NCBI GenBank assembly: GCA_019750465.1
Contig: JAIEOP010000050.1
Coordinates: 2,529-66,528 of the forward strand
Direction: 5' to 3'
Origin: Acetobacteraceae bacterium
GTDB taxonomy: Bacteria > Pseudomonadota > Alphaproteobacteria > Acetobacterales > Acetobacteraceae
DNA length: 64,000 bases
This document shows, in pieces, positions 37,429 through 46,965 of the stretch (position 1 is the first letter of the stretch; every line of letters begins with the position of its first letter). A program made the translations under genes and the position numbers. The notes under the pieces were generated by a model. It worked only from the letters and a program-made list of their open reading frames with translations. It ran no database searches and was not told the DNA's origin.

Positions 37429-38571
37429 TCAACCCGGGCCGCCGAGGGGCGGCACGCTCGTCTCCGCCGTCGCCTCGCGCATCGGTGCGCGCGGCGCCGG
37501 CGGCACGCCGTCCACCCAGGCCGGGAACAGCGTCTGCAGTGCGCCATCCGCGGCGCGCCGAACCAGCCGCCGCGCCTCATGATGCCGCGAGGCCACGGCC
37601 TCGCCGAGATCGAGCACGGCGCTGAAGCAGCAATCCGCGGTACCGAAGCGCGCGATGGCCTCGTCGCGCGTAAGGCGGGCGAGCAGGTCCCGCACCTCGG
37701 CCATCAGCGCGGTCTGCGGCAGGGGATCGGATTGGCGGGAGATCCAGTCCGGGCGCGCTGCCGCGGTGCAGAAGGCACGCCAGAATTTCGGCTCGATCGC
37801 GCCGAGCGTGACGTGCCGGCCGTCGGCACATCGGTAGGTGTGGTAGAAGGCGGCACCGCCGTTCAGGTAGGTTTCGCCGGGCTGCGGCACATGGCCTGTC
37901 GCCCCGTGGCCCGCCACCTGGAACAGCTGCAGCGGCATCGGCGCATCGGCCAGCCCGAGATCGATGTGGCAGCCAGCGCCGTCCCGGTCACGCGCGTGCA
38001 ACGCGCCAAGGATGGCCAGCGCGGCGAAAAGCGCGCCCGTACCGTCAGCGACGGGGGGATCCAGGAAAGCCGGCATGCCATCCCCGTTGCGGTGCATGAC
38101 GCCGGCCGTGGCCAGGTAGTTGTTGTCGTGACCCGCTGCCTGCGACAGCGGCCCGGCGGCGCCATAGCCGCTGATCGAGCAGTAGACCAGGCGCGGATTG
38201 ACCGCCTGCAGCGTCGGCCAGTCGGCGCCGAGCCGCGCCATCACGCCGGGCCGGAAACCCTCGATCAGCACGTCGGCCCCGCGCACGAGATCGAGGAAGG
38301 CGGCGTGGTCCTCGGGCCGCTTGAGGTCCAGGCGCAGCACGGTCTTCCCGGCATTCACCGCGGCGTGGAAGACCGCATGGCCCGCCGCGTCGCGCGGCCC
38401 GAGTTCGCGCATCGGGTCGCCCGAGGGCGGCTCGATCTTCAGCACCTCCGCGCCCATGTCGGCCAGCAGCAGGCTCGCCAACGGACCGGGCAGGAACCAG
38501 GACAGGTCGAGCACCCGCACGCCGTGCACGAACCGGCCGAGACGCGACGTGGAGTGCCCGCTGTCCGGCAT
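37429..38571 (-). CDS. family III CoA-transferase (CaiB/BaiF family)
   Basis: ATG at 38571. 'GVRVLDLSWFLPGPLASLLLADMGAEVLKIEPP' is the hallmark N-terminus, and 'VLIEGFRPGVMARLG' follows. Confidence 0.8.
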   Translation of the reverse strand: MPDSGHSTSRLGRFVHGVRVLDLSWFLPGPLASLLLADMGAEVLKIEPPSGDPMRELGPRDAAGHAVFHAAVNAGKTVLRLDLKRPEDHAAFLDLVRGADVLIEGFRPGVMARLGADWPTLQAVNPRLVYCSISGYGAAGPLSQAAGHDNNYLATAGVMHRNGDGMPAFLDPPVADGTGALFAALAILGALHARDRDGAGCHIDLGLADAPMPLQLFQVAGHGATGHVPQPGETYLNGGAAFYHTYRCADGRHVTLGAIEPKFWRAFCTAAARPDWISRQSDPLPQTALMAEVRDLLARLTRDEAIARFGTADCCFSAVLDLGEAVASRHHEARRLVRRAADGALQTLFPAWVDGVPPAPRAPMREATAETSVPPLGGPG

Positions 38572-38573
38572 GC

Positions 38574-39833
38574 CTACCGCCTCGGCCAGTTCGGCTGCGC
38601 CATGGCGGATTCGGTCGGGAAGATCGTGACCGGCACGCCGTTCTGCCACTGCGCGATGACCAGCGGCGCACCCACCCGGCGGCCGCGCTCGTCGAACTTC
38701 ACGCGGCGGCCGGGATAGGCATTGGCGGCCGGGCCCTCGGTGAGGTCGAGCGCACGGATCGTGTCGTTGACCTTCTCGCGGTCGGTCGTGCCGGCGCGTT
38801 CCACCGCCTCGCGCAGGATCATCATGTGGCCGTAGTTCGAGATGCTGTCCTGTGTCATCCACGGCTCGCCGGTCTTCTCGCGGAAACGGGCGATCAGCTC
38901 CTCCTGGCCCTTCAGGCCCCAGGTCGCGGTGATGAACATCGCGCCTTCCAGCAGGTTGGGGCCGAGGAGGCGCAGCAGGTCCGGCGATCCCATCGGGCCG
39001 CCATTGTTGATGATCGGCAGGCGCCCGCGGCCGAGCCCGATCTCATTGATCTTCTCGAGCGTCAGCTTGATGTCCGGGATGGCGGTGGGCAGCAGGAGCA
39101 GGATGTCGGGTCGCGCCGCGCGGACGCGCTGCATCACGGGGCCGGCGTCGGAGAGCGGCGGGGTGAAGGTCTCGTCCACCACGATGCGGATGCCAAGCCG
39201 CTCGGCGCCGCCGGCGCGCAGGCCGCGGGTGAAGGACACCGGCGAGGCGGTGTTGTCCATCACGATGCCCATGGTCTGCGGCGCACGGCCTGTCGCCGCC
39301 CTCGCCAGTTCGATGATGGTGGGCAGCGCGCCCGCCGCCTGCTCGTCGGCCGTCGGCGAGGTCTGGTAGACGTAGCGGAAGCCACGGTTGGTGATGAGGT
39401 CGGAGTAGGAGAGCGTCAGCCAGGGCACGCGCGCGCGCTCCGTCACCTCGGTCACGGCAAGCGTGAAGGAGGAGACATAGGCGCCGGCGCCGCCGACGAG
39501 CTGGGGTTCCTGCGAGAGCAATCGCTCCGCCGCGGTCTTCGCCTTCTCCGGGCTGTCGCCGACGTCCACCGTGGCCAGCCGCACCTGCGCGCCGCCAAGC
39601 GTGCGGATGCCGCCGGTGTTGTTGATCTCGTCGACGGCGAAGCGCGCGCCGAGCACAGAGAGCTCACCGAGCCGCGCCCAGGGTCCGCTCAGCGGCGAGG
39701 CCATGGCGAAGACGACCTCACGCGTCTGCGCGCGCAGCGCCGGCGCCGCGAGGCCTAGTCCCGCCGCGGCGGTGAGAGTGCCGAGGTGCCTGCGTGAGAT
39801 GGTCATTGCCGTCTTCCTCCTGTTGTCGTTCAC
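38574..39833 (-). CDS. ABC transporter substrate-binding protein (LivK-like)
   Basis: The Tat-like signal 'SRRHLGTLTAAAGLGLAAPALRAQ', then 'GARFAVDEINNTGGI'. Confidence 0.85.
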   Translation of the reverse strand: MNDNRRKTAMTISRRHLGTLTAAAGLGLAAPALRAQTREVVFAMASPLSGPWARLGELSVLGARFAVDEINNTGGIRTLGGAQVRLATVDVGDSPEKAKTAAERLLSQEPQLVGGAGAYVSSFTLAVTEVTERARVPWLTLSYSDLITNRGFRYVYQTSPTADEQAAGALPTIIELARAATGRAPQTMGIVMDNTASPVSFTRGLRAGGAERLGIRIVVDETFTPPLSDAGPVMQRVRAARPDILLLLPTAIPDIKLTLEKINEIGLGRGRLPIINNGGPMGSPDLLRLLGPNLLEGAMFITATWGLKGQEELIARFREKTGEPWMTQDSISNYGHMMILREAVERAGTTDREKVNDTIRALDLTEGPAANAYPGRRVKFDERGRRVGAPLVIAQWQNGVPVTIFPTESAMAQPNWPRR

Positions 39834-40534
39834 ATGCCGAGATAGGCTTGGCGCAGACGGTCCGTGGACAGCTCGCTCACGGGGCCGTCGAGTACGATGC
39901 GGCCGGTTTCGAGCACGTAGCCGCGGCTGCAGGCATCGAGCGCCTCCGCGACCCGCTGCTCAACCAGAAGGATGGTCAGCCCGTCCGCGTGGTGCAGCTC
40001 ACGGATCGCGTCGAAGATCGTGTCCGCCATCACGGGCGACAGGCCCATCGAGGGCTCGTCGAGCATGAGGAGCCGAGGGCGGGAGGCCAGGGCGCGCCCG
40101 ATCGCCAGCATTTGCTGTTGCCCGCCGGAAAGCGTGCCGGCGAACTGCGCCCGCCGCTCCGACAGAATGGGGAACAGGGCGTAGATCCGGTCCAGCGTCT
40201 CGGCGAAGACCTTGCGGCCGGCTTCCGGCCACGCGCCCATCTCGAGGTTCTCCAGCACGCTCAGCGAGGCGAAGACGCGCCGGCCCTCGGGCACATGCGC
40301 GATGCCGAGATGTGCGCGATTGGCCGCCGGGCGCGTAAGCAGGTCCTGGCCTTCGAACAGGATGCGGCCGCCGCGGACCGGGACAGTGCCGGAGATCGCC
40401 TTGAACAGCGTCGTCTTGCCGGCGCCGTTCGGGCCGACGACGGCGATGAACTCACCCTGGCGCACCGCGAGCGAGACCTCGCGCAGCGCGGCGAGGCCGC
40501 CATAGGCGACGGAGAGGTTCTCAACCTCCAGCAT
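39830..40534 (-). CDS. ABC transporter ATP-binding protein, LivF-like
   Basis: Walker A 'GPNGAGKTTLFKAISG', signature 'LSGGQQQMLAIG' and Walker B 'LLMLDEPS'. Confidence 0.85.
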   Translation of the reverse strand: MLEVENLSVAYGGLAALREVSLAVRQGEFIAVVGPNGAGKTTLFKAISGTVPVRGGRILFEGQDLLTRPAANRAHLGIAHVPEGRRVFASLSVLENLEMGAWPEAGRKVFAETLDRIYALFPILSERRAQFAGTLSGGQQQMLAIGRALASRPRLLMLDEPSMGLSPVMADTIFDAIRELHHADGLTILLVEQRVAEALDACSRGYVLETGRIVLDGPVSELSTDRLRQAYLGM

Positions 40535-42284
40535 GCGACAACGCCCATTTGCGGCCGAGATAGGCCTCGATGACCTCCGGCTTGCGGGTGACCTCGGCCG
40601 GCGTGCCTTCGGCCAGCAGCCTGCCCTGGTCGAGCACGACGAAGCGGTCCACCAAACCGACCATCGCCTGCATCGTGTGCTCGATGATCACCACCGTGAT
40701 CCCCGCTTCCGGCAGGCGGCGGACGACCGCGATCAGCTCATCGGTCTCGCCGGCGCCGAGGCCCGCCAGCGGCTCGTCCAGCAGCACGAGGCGCGGGCCG
40801 CCGGCGAGGGCGCGGGCGAGCTCCATCAGGCGGAGATCGCGCATGGTGAGGTCACCGGAGATGGCCGTGGCCCTGTCCACGAGCCCGACCTGCGCCAGGG
40901 CGCGGCGCGCGGCCCCGCGCGCATCGGCGTCGGTGCGGTGCGAGACGAAGGCGCCGACGAGGACGTTCTCCAGGATGGTCATGCGCTCGAACGCGCGGGC
41001 CACCTGGAAGGTGCGGCCGATGCCCAGGCGGCAGATCGCGTTCGGACGAAGCCCGGCGAGGCTGCGACCTTCGAAGCGCAACTCGCCGGCGCTGGGCGGC
41101 ACGATGCCGTTCAGCATGTTGAACAGCGTCGTCTTCCCGGCGCCGTTCGGCCCGATGATGCCGAGAATCTCGCCATGCGGCACGGTGAAGGAGACGTCCT
41201 GCACGGCGGCGACGCCACCGAAGTTCTTGCCGAGGCCGCTCACCTCCAGCAGGGCGCCGTGGGGCGCGGGCTGCCGAGACGCGGCTGCGGGCATCAGTGC
41301 GGTCACGGTCGGCGTTGCTGCCGGCGCCGCCTTGCGGGGCGTGCGCATGTCCCGGATCTTCCAGTAGAGCCCCTCCGGCGCCAGCAGGATCACCAGGATG
41401 ATCGCGAGGCCGTAGAGGACGCCGTGGATGCCGGGTAGGAACTGGCCGAACTCGGCGCGCAATGTCTCCGCAAGCGGGACGAGGATCACCGCGCCGATCA
41501 CCGGGCCCCAGAGCGTCCCGGCGCCGCCGAACATCGGCAGGATGACCGCCTCCGCAGACACCACCAGGCCGAAGACGGAGCCGGGTGTCACGACCAGAAG
41601 CACCATGGCGTAGAGACCGCCGGCCGCGGCCGCTATGGCGCCGCTCAGCGCGATGGCGCGCAGCTTCCAGGCGCGCGTGTCCACGCCCGCCGCCTCGGCC
41701 GCCAATTCGTTCTGCTTGATGGCCAGCAGCGACATGCCGAAGCGGGAGTTCTCGACGGCTGCGCAGACCACGAGCGAAAGGGCGAGCAGGCCGAGCGCGA
41801 TGGCGAGGTAGGCGCGCGGATCCTGGAACTGCATGAACCAGGCGGCATGCTCGCGCTGCAGCGGGATGGAGACCTCCTGCAGTCCCATCCAGTCGAAGAG
41901 GTAGGTGAGCATCAGCGGGTAGGCGAGCATGGCAAGCGCGAAGTAGATGCCGCGCAGCCGAAAGGTCGGCCCGCCGATCGCAAGGCCTGCGACGGCGCCG
42001 AGCAGCGCGGCGAGCGGGATGCCGAACCAGGGCGTCAGGCCGAACTTCACCAGCATCAGCGTGACGGCGTAGGCGCCGAGGCCGAAGAAGGCGGCGTGCC
42101 CGAAGGAGACCAGCCCGCTGTAGCCGCTGAACAGGTTCCACGAGACACCGAGCACCGCCCAGATCGGCACCAAGGTCAGCAGCAGCTGGTAGTAGCGGTT
42201 CGGCACGATGAAGCCGAGCGCGAGCCAGGCTAGGCAGAAGCCGAGGATCAGCGCGAGGGTGCGGGGCGGCAGCAGGCGCGCCAT
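40521..42284 (-). CDS. fused LivM-like permease / LivG-like ATPase
   Basis: 587 aa. The N-terminal half is hydrophobic. The ATPase half carries 'GPNGAGKTTLFNMLNG' and 'LVLLDEPLAGL'. Confidence 0.85.
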   Translation of the reverse strand: MARLLPPRTLALILGFCLAWLALGFIVPNRYYQLLLTLVPIWAVLGVSWNLFSGYSGLVSFGHAAFFGLGAYAVTLMLVKFGLTPWFGIPLAALLGAVAGLAIGGPTFRLRGIYFALAMLAYPLMLTYLFDWMGLQEVSIPLQREHAAWFMQFQDPRAYLAIALGLLALSLVVCAAVENSRFGMSLLAIKQNELAAEAAGVDTRAWKLRAIALSGAIAAAAGGLYAMVLLVVTPGSVFGLVVSAEAVILPMFGGAGTLWGPVIGAVILVPLAETLRAEFGQFLPGIHGVLYGLAIILVILLAPEGLYWKIRDMRTPRKAAPAATPTVTALMPAAASRQPAPHGALLEVSGLGKNFGGVAAVQDVSFTVPHGEILGIIGPNGAGKTTLFNMLNGIVPPSAGELRFEGRSLAGLRPNAICRLGIGRTFQVARAFERMTILENVLVGAFVSHRTDADARGAARRALAQVGLVDRATAISGDLTMRDLRLMELARALAGGPRLVLLDEPLAGLGAGETDELIAVVRRLPEAGITVVIIEHTMQAMVGLVDRFVVLDQGRLLAEGTPAEVTRKPEVIEAYLGRKWALSHAGG

Positions 42285-42285
42285 C

Positions 42286-43242
42286 TCACGCGCGCTCCAC
42301 GTTGCGGCCGAACAGGCCCTGTGGCCGGAACAGCAGGATCAGCACGAAGGCGGCGAAGATGGCGGCGTTCTGCAGCTGCAGCGGCATGACAAGGGTGGAG
42401 AGCTGCTGCACCAGCCCGATCACCATCCCGCCCCAGAAGGCACCGCTGATGCTGCCCATGCCGCCCAGCACTACGCCGGCATACATGATGATGATGAAAT
42501 CCACGCCGACGAAGGGCTGCACCGGGTAGTAGGCGACAATGATCCCGCCTGCGAGCCCCGCCACCGCCGTGCCGATCGCGAACGCGATGCGGTGCGCGCG
42601 GTCCACGTCTATGCCCATGTAGGTCGCGGCTTCCGGATTATCGGCGGCGGCACGCAGCGATTTGCCGAGGCGCGTGCGGGCGACGAGGAGGAACAAGCCG
42701 AAGGCGACGCCGACCGACAGCACCGCTGCGATGGCACGCGCCTGGTTGATGAAGACCGCGCTGAAATCGTCGTAGAGAAGCGGAAGCTCCCAGGCGGAGG
42801 AGGAGAGCGTCGTCAGCACCGTATGGGGCGAGGTGCCGAGCAGGATCAGCGCGCCGTTCTGCAGCACGAGCGCGATGCCGAGCGTCAGGATCAGCTGTGC
42901 CTGGTGCCCCTCGGCCGAAAGGCCGACGCCGCGCAGCCCGGTGGTGCGCGCGATCAGCAGCCGATGGAGCCCGCCGCCGACGATGAACAGAACCGGGACG
43001 GTCAGCGCCGCCGCGACGAAGGGCGTTGCGTCGCCGAGCAGCGTGGTGCCGAGCACATGCGTTGCCAGATAGAAGGCCAGGTACATCCCGACCATCATGA
43101 AGTCGCCCTGCGCGAAGTTGATGACGCGCATGATCCCAAAGATGAAGGCGAGCCCGACGCAGAGCAGGCCGTAGACGCAGCCCACCATGATGCCGGCGGT
43201 CAGCGCCTGTGCCGCCTGCTCAACGAATGCGGCCGCGTTCAT
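42286..43242 (-). CDS. ABC transporter permease, LivH-like
   Basis: 'GIMVGCVYGLLCVGLAFIFGIMRVINFAQGDFMMVG' is the canonical LivH-type N-terminal region. Confidence 0.85.
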   Translation of the reverse strand: MNAAAFVEQAAQALTAGIMVGCVYGLLCVGLAFIFGIMRVINFAQGDFMMVGMYLAFYLATHVLGTTLLGDATPFVAAALTVPVLFIVGGGLHRLLIARTTGLRGVGLSAEGHQAQLILTLGIALVLQNGALILLGTSPHTVLTTLSSSAWELPLLYDDFSAVFINQARAIAAVLSVGVAFGLFLLVARTRLGKSLRAAADNPEAATYMGIDVDRAHRIAFAIGTAVAGLAGGIIVAYYPVQPFVGVDFIIIMYAGVVLGGMGSISGAFWGGMVIGLVQQLSTLVMPLQLQNAAIFAAFVLILLFRPQGLFGRNVERA

Positions 43243-44285
43243 GCGGCGGGCCTCAGCGTCACGCGGCCGAGCGCGCGGCCGGCCTCGACCAGCCCATGCG
43301 CTTCCGCCGCGGCGGAGAGCGGGAGCGCGCGGTCCAGCACCGCGCGGATCGCGCCGCGCGCCAGCAGCGCCAGCACCTGGCGGAGCTCGGCCCGTGTGGT
43401 GCTCGTCGCGCTCAGCAGCGAGACGCCGCGGAGGAAGATCTGGGCCGGGTTGAAGGGGACGAAGTCGCCGGTGAGCTGGCCGACCAGCACCCAGCGGCCG
43501 GCCTTCGCGACGCTGCGGCGCGTGGGCTGGAACAGCGGCGTCCCGACATTGTCGATCACCACGTCGACACCGTCCCCGCCGGTGAGGTCCTTCACCGCAC
43601 CGGAGAAGTCCTCGCCGCGGGCATGCAGCACGACATCATGGGCGCCGGCGGCGTGCAGTGCCCCGACCTTGGAGAGGGAGGTGGTCTGGGCGAGCACGCG
43701 CCCCCCGGCGAGGCGTGCGAGCTGCACGCCATGCATGCCGAGTCCGCCGCCCGCGCCTGTGACGAGCACGGTGTCGCCGGGCGCGACGCGGCCAACCTCC
43801 CGCACCGCATGGAACATGGTGCCGATGGCGCAGGCGGCGATCGCGGCGGCATCCGGGCCGACGCCGTCCGGCACCGGCACGACCATGCCGGCGTCGAGGG
43901 TCACATACTCCGCATAGCCGCCATTGAGGCCGGCATCGCCGAGGAAGACGGCTTCGGCGCAGAGCGGTTCGCGCCCACCCGTGCAGTGGCGACAGGTGCC
44001 GCAGACATGGGCGCGCTGCGTCGTTGCGACGCGCTGCCCGACAACCACGCCCCCCGTGTCGCGCCCCAGCGCGACGACGGTGCCGCAGATCTCGTGCCCG
44101 GGGATGAAGGGTGGCACGATGCCGGCCTTCAGCGTGCCGTTGCGGGTCACGACGTCGTGGAAACAGACGCCGCAGGCCTCGACCTCCAGCACCAGCTGGC
44201 CGGGCCCGGGGGAGGGATCTGGCAGCGTCTCCAGCTGCAGCGCCGTCGTTGCGGCGCCTGGCGTGCGGACCACGACCGCCTTCAC
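43239..44285 (-). CDS. zinc-dependent alcohol dehydrogenase / MDR-family oxidoreductase
   Basis: GTG at 44285 ('VKAVVVRTPG'). Motifs 'CGVCFHD', 'GHEICGTVVALG' and 'VLVTGAGGGLG'. GTGA overlap with the upstream gene. Confidence 0.8.
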   Translation of the reverse strand: MKAVVVRTPGAATTALQLETLPDPSPGPGQLVLEVEACGVCFHDVVTRNGTLKAGIVPPFIPGHEICGTVVALGRDTGGVVVGQRVATTQRAHVCGTCRHCTGGREPLCAEAVFLGDAGLNGGYAEYVTLDAGMVVPVPDGVGPDAAAIAACAIGTMFHAVREVGRVAPGDTVLVTGAGGGLGMHGVQLARLAGGRVLAQTTSLSKVGALHAAGAHDVVLHARGEDFSGAVKDLTGGDGVDVVIDNVGTPLFQPTRRSVAKAGRWVLVGQLTGDFVPFNPAQIFLRGVSLLSATSTTRAELRQVLALLARGAIRAVLDRALPLSAAAEAHGLVEAGRALGRVTLRPAA

Positions 44286-45157
44286 AGCACGGCCACCGGG
44301 GTGAGCGGACTGCCGGTCGCGCCCGTCAGCGGCAGCGCCGCGGCCATGAAGAGGAACGCTGTCGCTCCGGCCTCGGCCAGCGGCTTGAGCTGCATGCCTT
44401 CGAGCAGGGGCATGCCATGGTCGCGCAGCAGGCGCTGGTGCACCGGAAAGACCTGGCCGGCCGGGAAGGGGAGGACCTCGATGGCGAAGTTGTCTGCGCC
44501 CACGAGAGCGACGTCGGCCTCGGCCAGCCACAGCGCGCCGTCCTCGTCGAGGCCGGGCTCCGTGTCGAAGGAGATCAGGCGGTTCGGCTTCCCCTGCTGC
44601 GCCTCCAGCCAGCCCGTGCGCAGCAGCACCGCGTCGCCGCTCTCCGGCGTGACACCCGCGCGGGCAGCGGCCGATTGGAGTGCCGCGCGGCCGATCGGCG
44701 TGCCGTCCGGCAGCGGCCCGTCCACCGCAAGGTCGAGCAGGATGCCGCGGGTGACCAGTGGGGGCAGCTTCTCCACGCCAAGCCGCTGCGCGCCTGTGGT
44801 GCTGCGCAGCGTGCTGCCGGGAAAGCCGTTGTAGAGCTGGTCGTCGCACCAGGCGTGGCAGAGCGCGTCCACATGCGTGCCGAGATGCAGCGGCAGCACG
44901 ACCGTGTCCTCGGCGAACTGGAAGCCGCCGGGCCGCTTCGCCCCAGCCGCGTAGTCGCCGCCATCGCGGCCCATGAAGTGCATCATCGGTGCGCGGTGAT
45001 GCGGGATCGGTGTCGTCGCGTGCAGAGGCTGGGCGAGCGGGATCACGCGGCCGCTGCGCACCAGCCCGGCCGCGCGCCGCACCTGCTCGGGACCGGCGAG
45101 GTTCGGCGCGCCGACCTCGTCCTGCTCGCCCCAGCGTCCCCAGCCCTCGCGCGCCAT
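44282..45157 (-). CDS. cyclase-family protein (kynurenine formamidase-like metal hydrolase)
   Basis: ATG at 45157. The 'LHLGTHVDALCHAW' motif (HxGTHxDxxxH) is present. Confidence 0.75.
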   Translation of the reverse strand: MAREGWGRWGEQDEVGAPNLAGPEQVRRAAGLVRSGRVIPLAQPLHATTPIPHHRAPMMHFMGRDGGDYAAGAKRPGGFQFAEDTVVLPLHLGTHVDALCHAWCDDQLYNGFPGSTLRSTTGAQRLGVEKLPPLVTRGILLDLAVDGPLPDGTPIGRAALQSAAARAGVTPESGDAVLLRTGWLEAQQGKPNRLISFDTEPGLDEDGALWLAEADVALVGADNFAIEVLPFPAGQVFPVHQRLLRDHGMPLLEGMQLKPLAEAGATAFLFMAAALPLTGATGSPLTPVAVL

Positions 45158-45161
45158 CCGC

Positions 45162-46880
45162 TCAGCCCTTCGCGGACGGCAACGCGGCCGCCTCGTCCTT
45201 GAGCGAGCGACGCAGCAGCTTGCCGGTGACGGTGGTTGGAAGCGCCTCCCGGATTTCGATCCGGTCCGGCACCTTGTAGGCCGAGGCGATGCTGCGGCAA
45301 TGCGCAACCAGGTCCTGCGCCACGAGCTTCGCATCCGGCTTCGGCACGACGAAGGCGACGATGAGTTCGCCCTTCTCCCTGTCGGGCACGCCGACGACGG
45401 CGACCTGGGACACGGCGGGGTGCTGCAGCAGCGCATCCTCCACCTCGGCGGGCGAGACGTTGATGCCCGAACGCTTGATCATCTCGCCGCTGCGCCCGAG
45501 GAACTGCACGTAGCCTTCCGCGTCGAGCTGGCCGATGTCGCCGGTGCGGAACCAGCCATCCGGCGTGAAGACCGCCGCGTTGTGCTCGGCGCTCGCGCCG
45601 CCGTAGCCGCGCATGAGGTAGCCGGTCACCTCGATCAGCCCGGGCTGGCCGTGCCCGAGCTGCTGCCCGCTCTCCGGGTCGATGATCCGCAGCTGCACGC
45701 CGGGCAGCGGCGGACCCTGGCAGGTGCTGCGCAGCTCGAGCGGCCAATCATGCGGTGTGACGCAGCAATTCCCGTAGGTCTCGCTCGACCCGTAGATGTT
45801 GCTGATCTGCGCGGCCCCGAGCCCTTCCGCCGCGCTTGCCACGTCCTGCGGCGAGCCAATGGTCAGCCCCTTCCTCAGGCTCCGCGTGCGCTCGGGCCGG
45901 AACTCCGGGTGGCGGATCAGCGCGGCCGTCATCGCCGGCAGCGTGTAGATCGCGGTGCAGCGGTGGCGCTCGATCAGGTCGAGCGCTTCGCCCGCTTCGA
46001 ACCGGGACTGCAGCACCAGCGCCGCGCCATGGCCGAAGGTGGCCGGCAGCGCATTGACGGCGCCATAGGCCCAGAAGAGCGGGATGGCGGCGAGCACGCG
46101 ATCATCCGGCAGCAGTCCCTGGCGCTCGCCGATGTTGAAGCCGTTCTCGACGATGCCGTGCTGTACGAGCCGCACGGCCTTGGGCTTGCTGGTGGAGCCC
46201 GAGGTGTAGAGCACGATCCCGTCGTCGCCCGCGCCCGCGGCCTCGCCGGGCGGCAGTGCCGGCATGTCCGGCTCATCGGCGAGCAGCGCTTCGTAGTCGC
46301 GCCAGCCGGCCGGAGCGGGGCCGCCGACCATGACCAACTCCCGCAACGCGGGAAAGCGGGTGGACTGCCAGGTCCCGTCGTGCGTTGCTTCCGGCACCAG
46401 CGCGGCGAGGCTGGCGCAAAAATCCTCCTTCCCGAAGGCGGGCACGGCGAACAGGGTACGGACGCCAGAATCGGCCAGCAGGAAGTCCAGCTCCTGGCGC
46501 GTCGACCAGGTGCTGAAGGGGATGACGGTCGCGCCCGCAGCCGAGGCGCCGAACAGCGCTTCGAGGAACTCCGTCCGGTTGCCCATCAGGATGCCGACGC
46601 GCTCGCCGTGCCGCAGGCCGCCGGCGCGCAACGCCGCGGCGACCGCGCGGGCGCGGCGTGCGAGCCCCGCGTAGGTCACCGACCGGCCGGCGCATAGGAC
46701 AGCGAGCGCATCCGGGCGGAGGGCCGCCTGCTCCTCCAGCAGGTCGTGCAGCGTGCGGGCGAAGGGCGCGCGCATGGATCTCAGCCTGTCCTGCCGGACT
46801 GCCGCGATGCGCCGTTCCAAGTCGTGCTTCGCATCGTTTCCTTCCCTCACCGCCGTTCCGCGAGATCGGCGGAAGCTCAT
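45162..46880 (-). CDS. AMP-forming acyl-CoA synthetase / class I adenylate-forming enzyme
   Basis: 'LYTSGSTSKPKAV', 'YGSSETYG' and 'FRTGDIG'. The likely real start is ATG at 46775 ('MRAPFARTLHDLLEEQAA'). Confidence 0.85.
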   Translation of the reverse strand: MSFRRSRGTAVREGNDAKHDLERRIAAVRQDRLRSMRAPFARTLHDLLEEQAALRPDALAVLCAGRSVTYAGLARRARAVAAALRAGGLRHGERVGILMGNRTEFLEALFGASAAGATVIPFSTWSTRQELDFLLADSGVRTLFAVPAFGKEDFCASLAALVPEATHDGTWQSTRFPALRELVMVGGPAPAGWRDYEALLADEPDMPALPPGEAAGAGDDGIVLYTSGSTSKPKAVRLVQHGIVENGFNIGERQGLLPDDRVLAAIPLFWAYGAVNALPATFGHGAALVLQSRFEAGEALDLIERHRCTAIYTLPAMTAALIRHPEFRPERTRSLRKGLTIGSPQDVASAAEGLGAAQISNIYGSSETYGNCCVTPHDWPLELRSTCQGPPLPGVQLRIIDPESGQQLGHGQPGLIEVTGYLMRGYGGASAEHNAAVFTPDGWFRTGDIGQLDAEGYVQFLGRSGEMIKRSGINVSPAEVEDALLQHPAVSQVAVVGVPDREKGELIVAFVVPKPDAKLVAQDLVAHCRSIASAYKVPDRIEIREALPTTVTGKLLRRSLKDEAAALPSAKG

Positions 46881-46893
46881 GCGTTCTTGAACC

Positions 46894-46929
46894 TACTGAA
46901 CAGTAGCTTCCATTCCCCACCGGTGGCAA
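46894..46929 (-). promoter_or_regulatory. candidate promoter (minus strand TTGCCA, 16 nt, GCTACT) with palindromic box variant CTACTG-TT-CAGTAG (46893-46906)
   Basis: Lies upstream of the 19-gene minus-strand run. Box copy 4 of 6 (a TAC-N6-GTA core variant). Confidence 0.4.
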
Positions 46930-46965
46930 GCGCTAAAACGCCACATCCCGATGGCGTGTGCGGCG

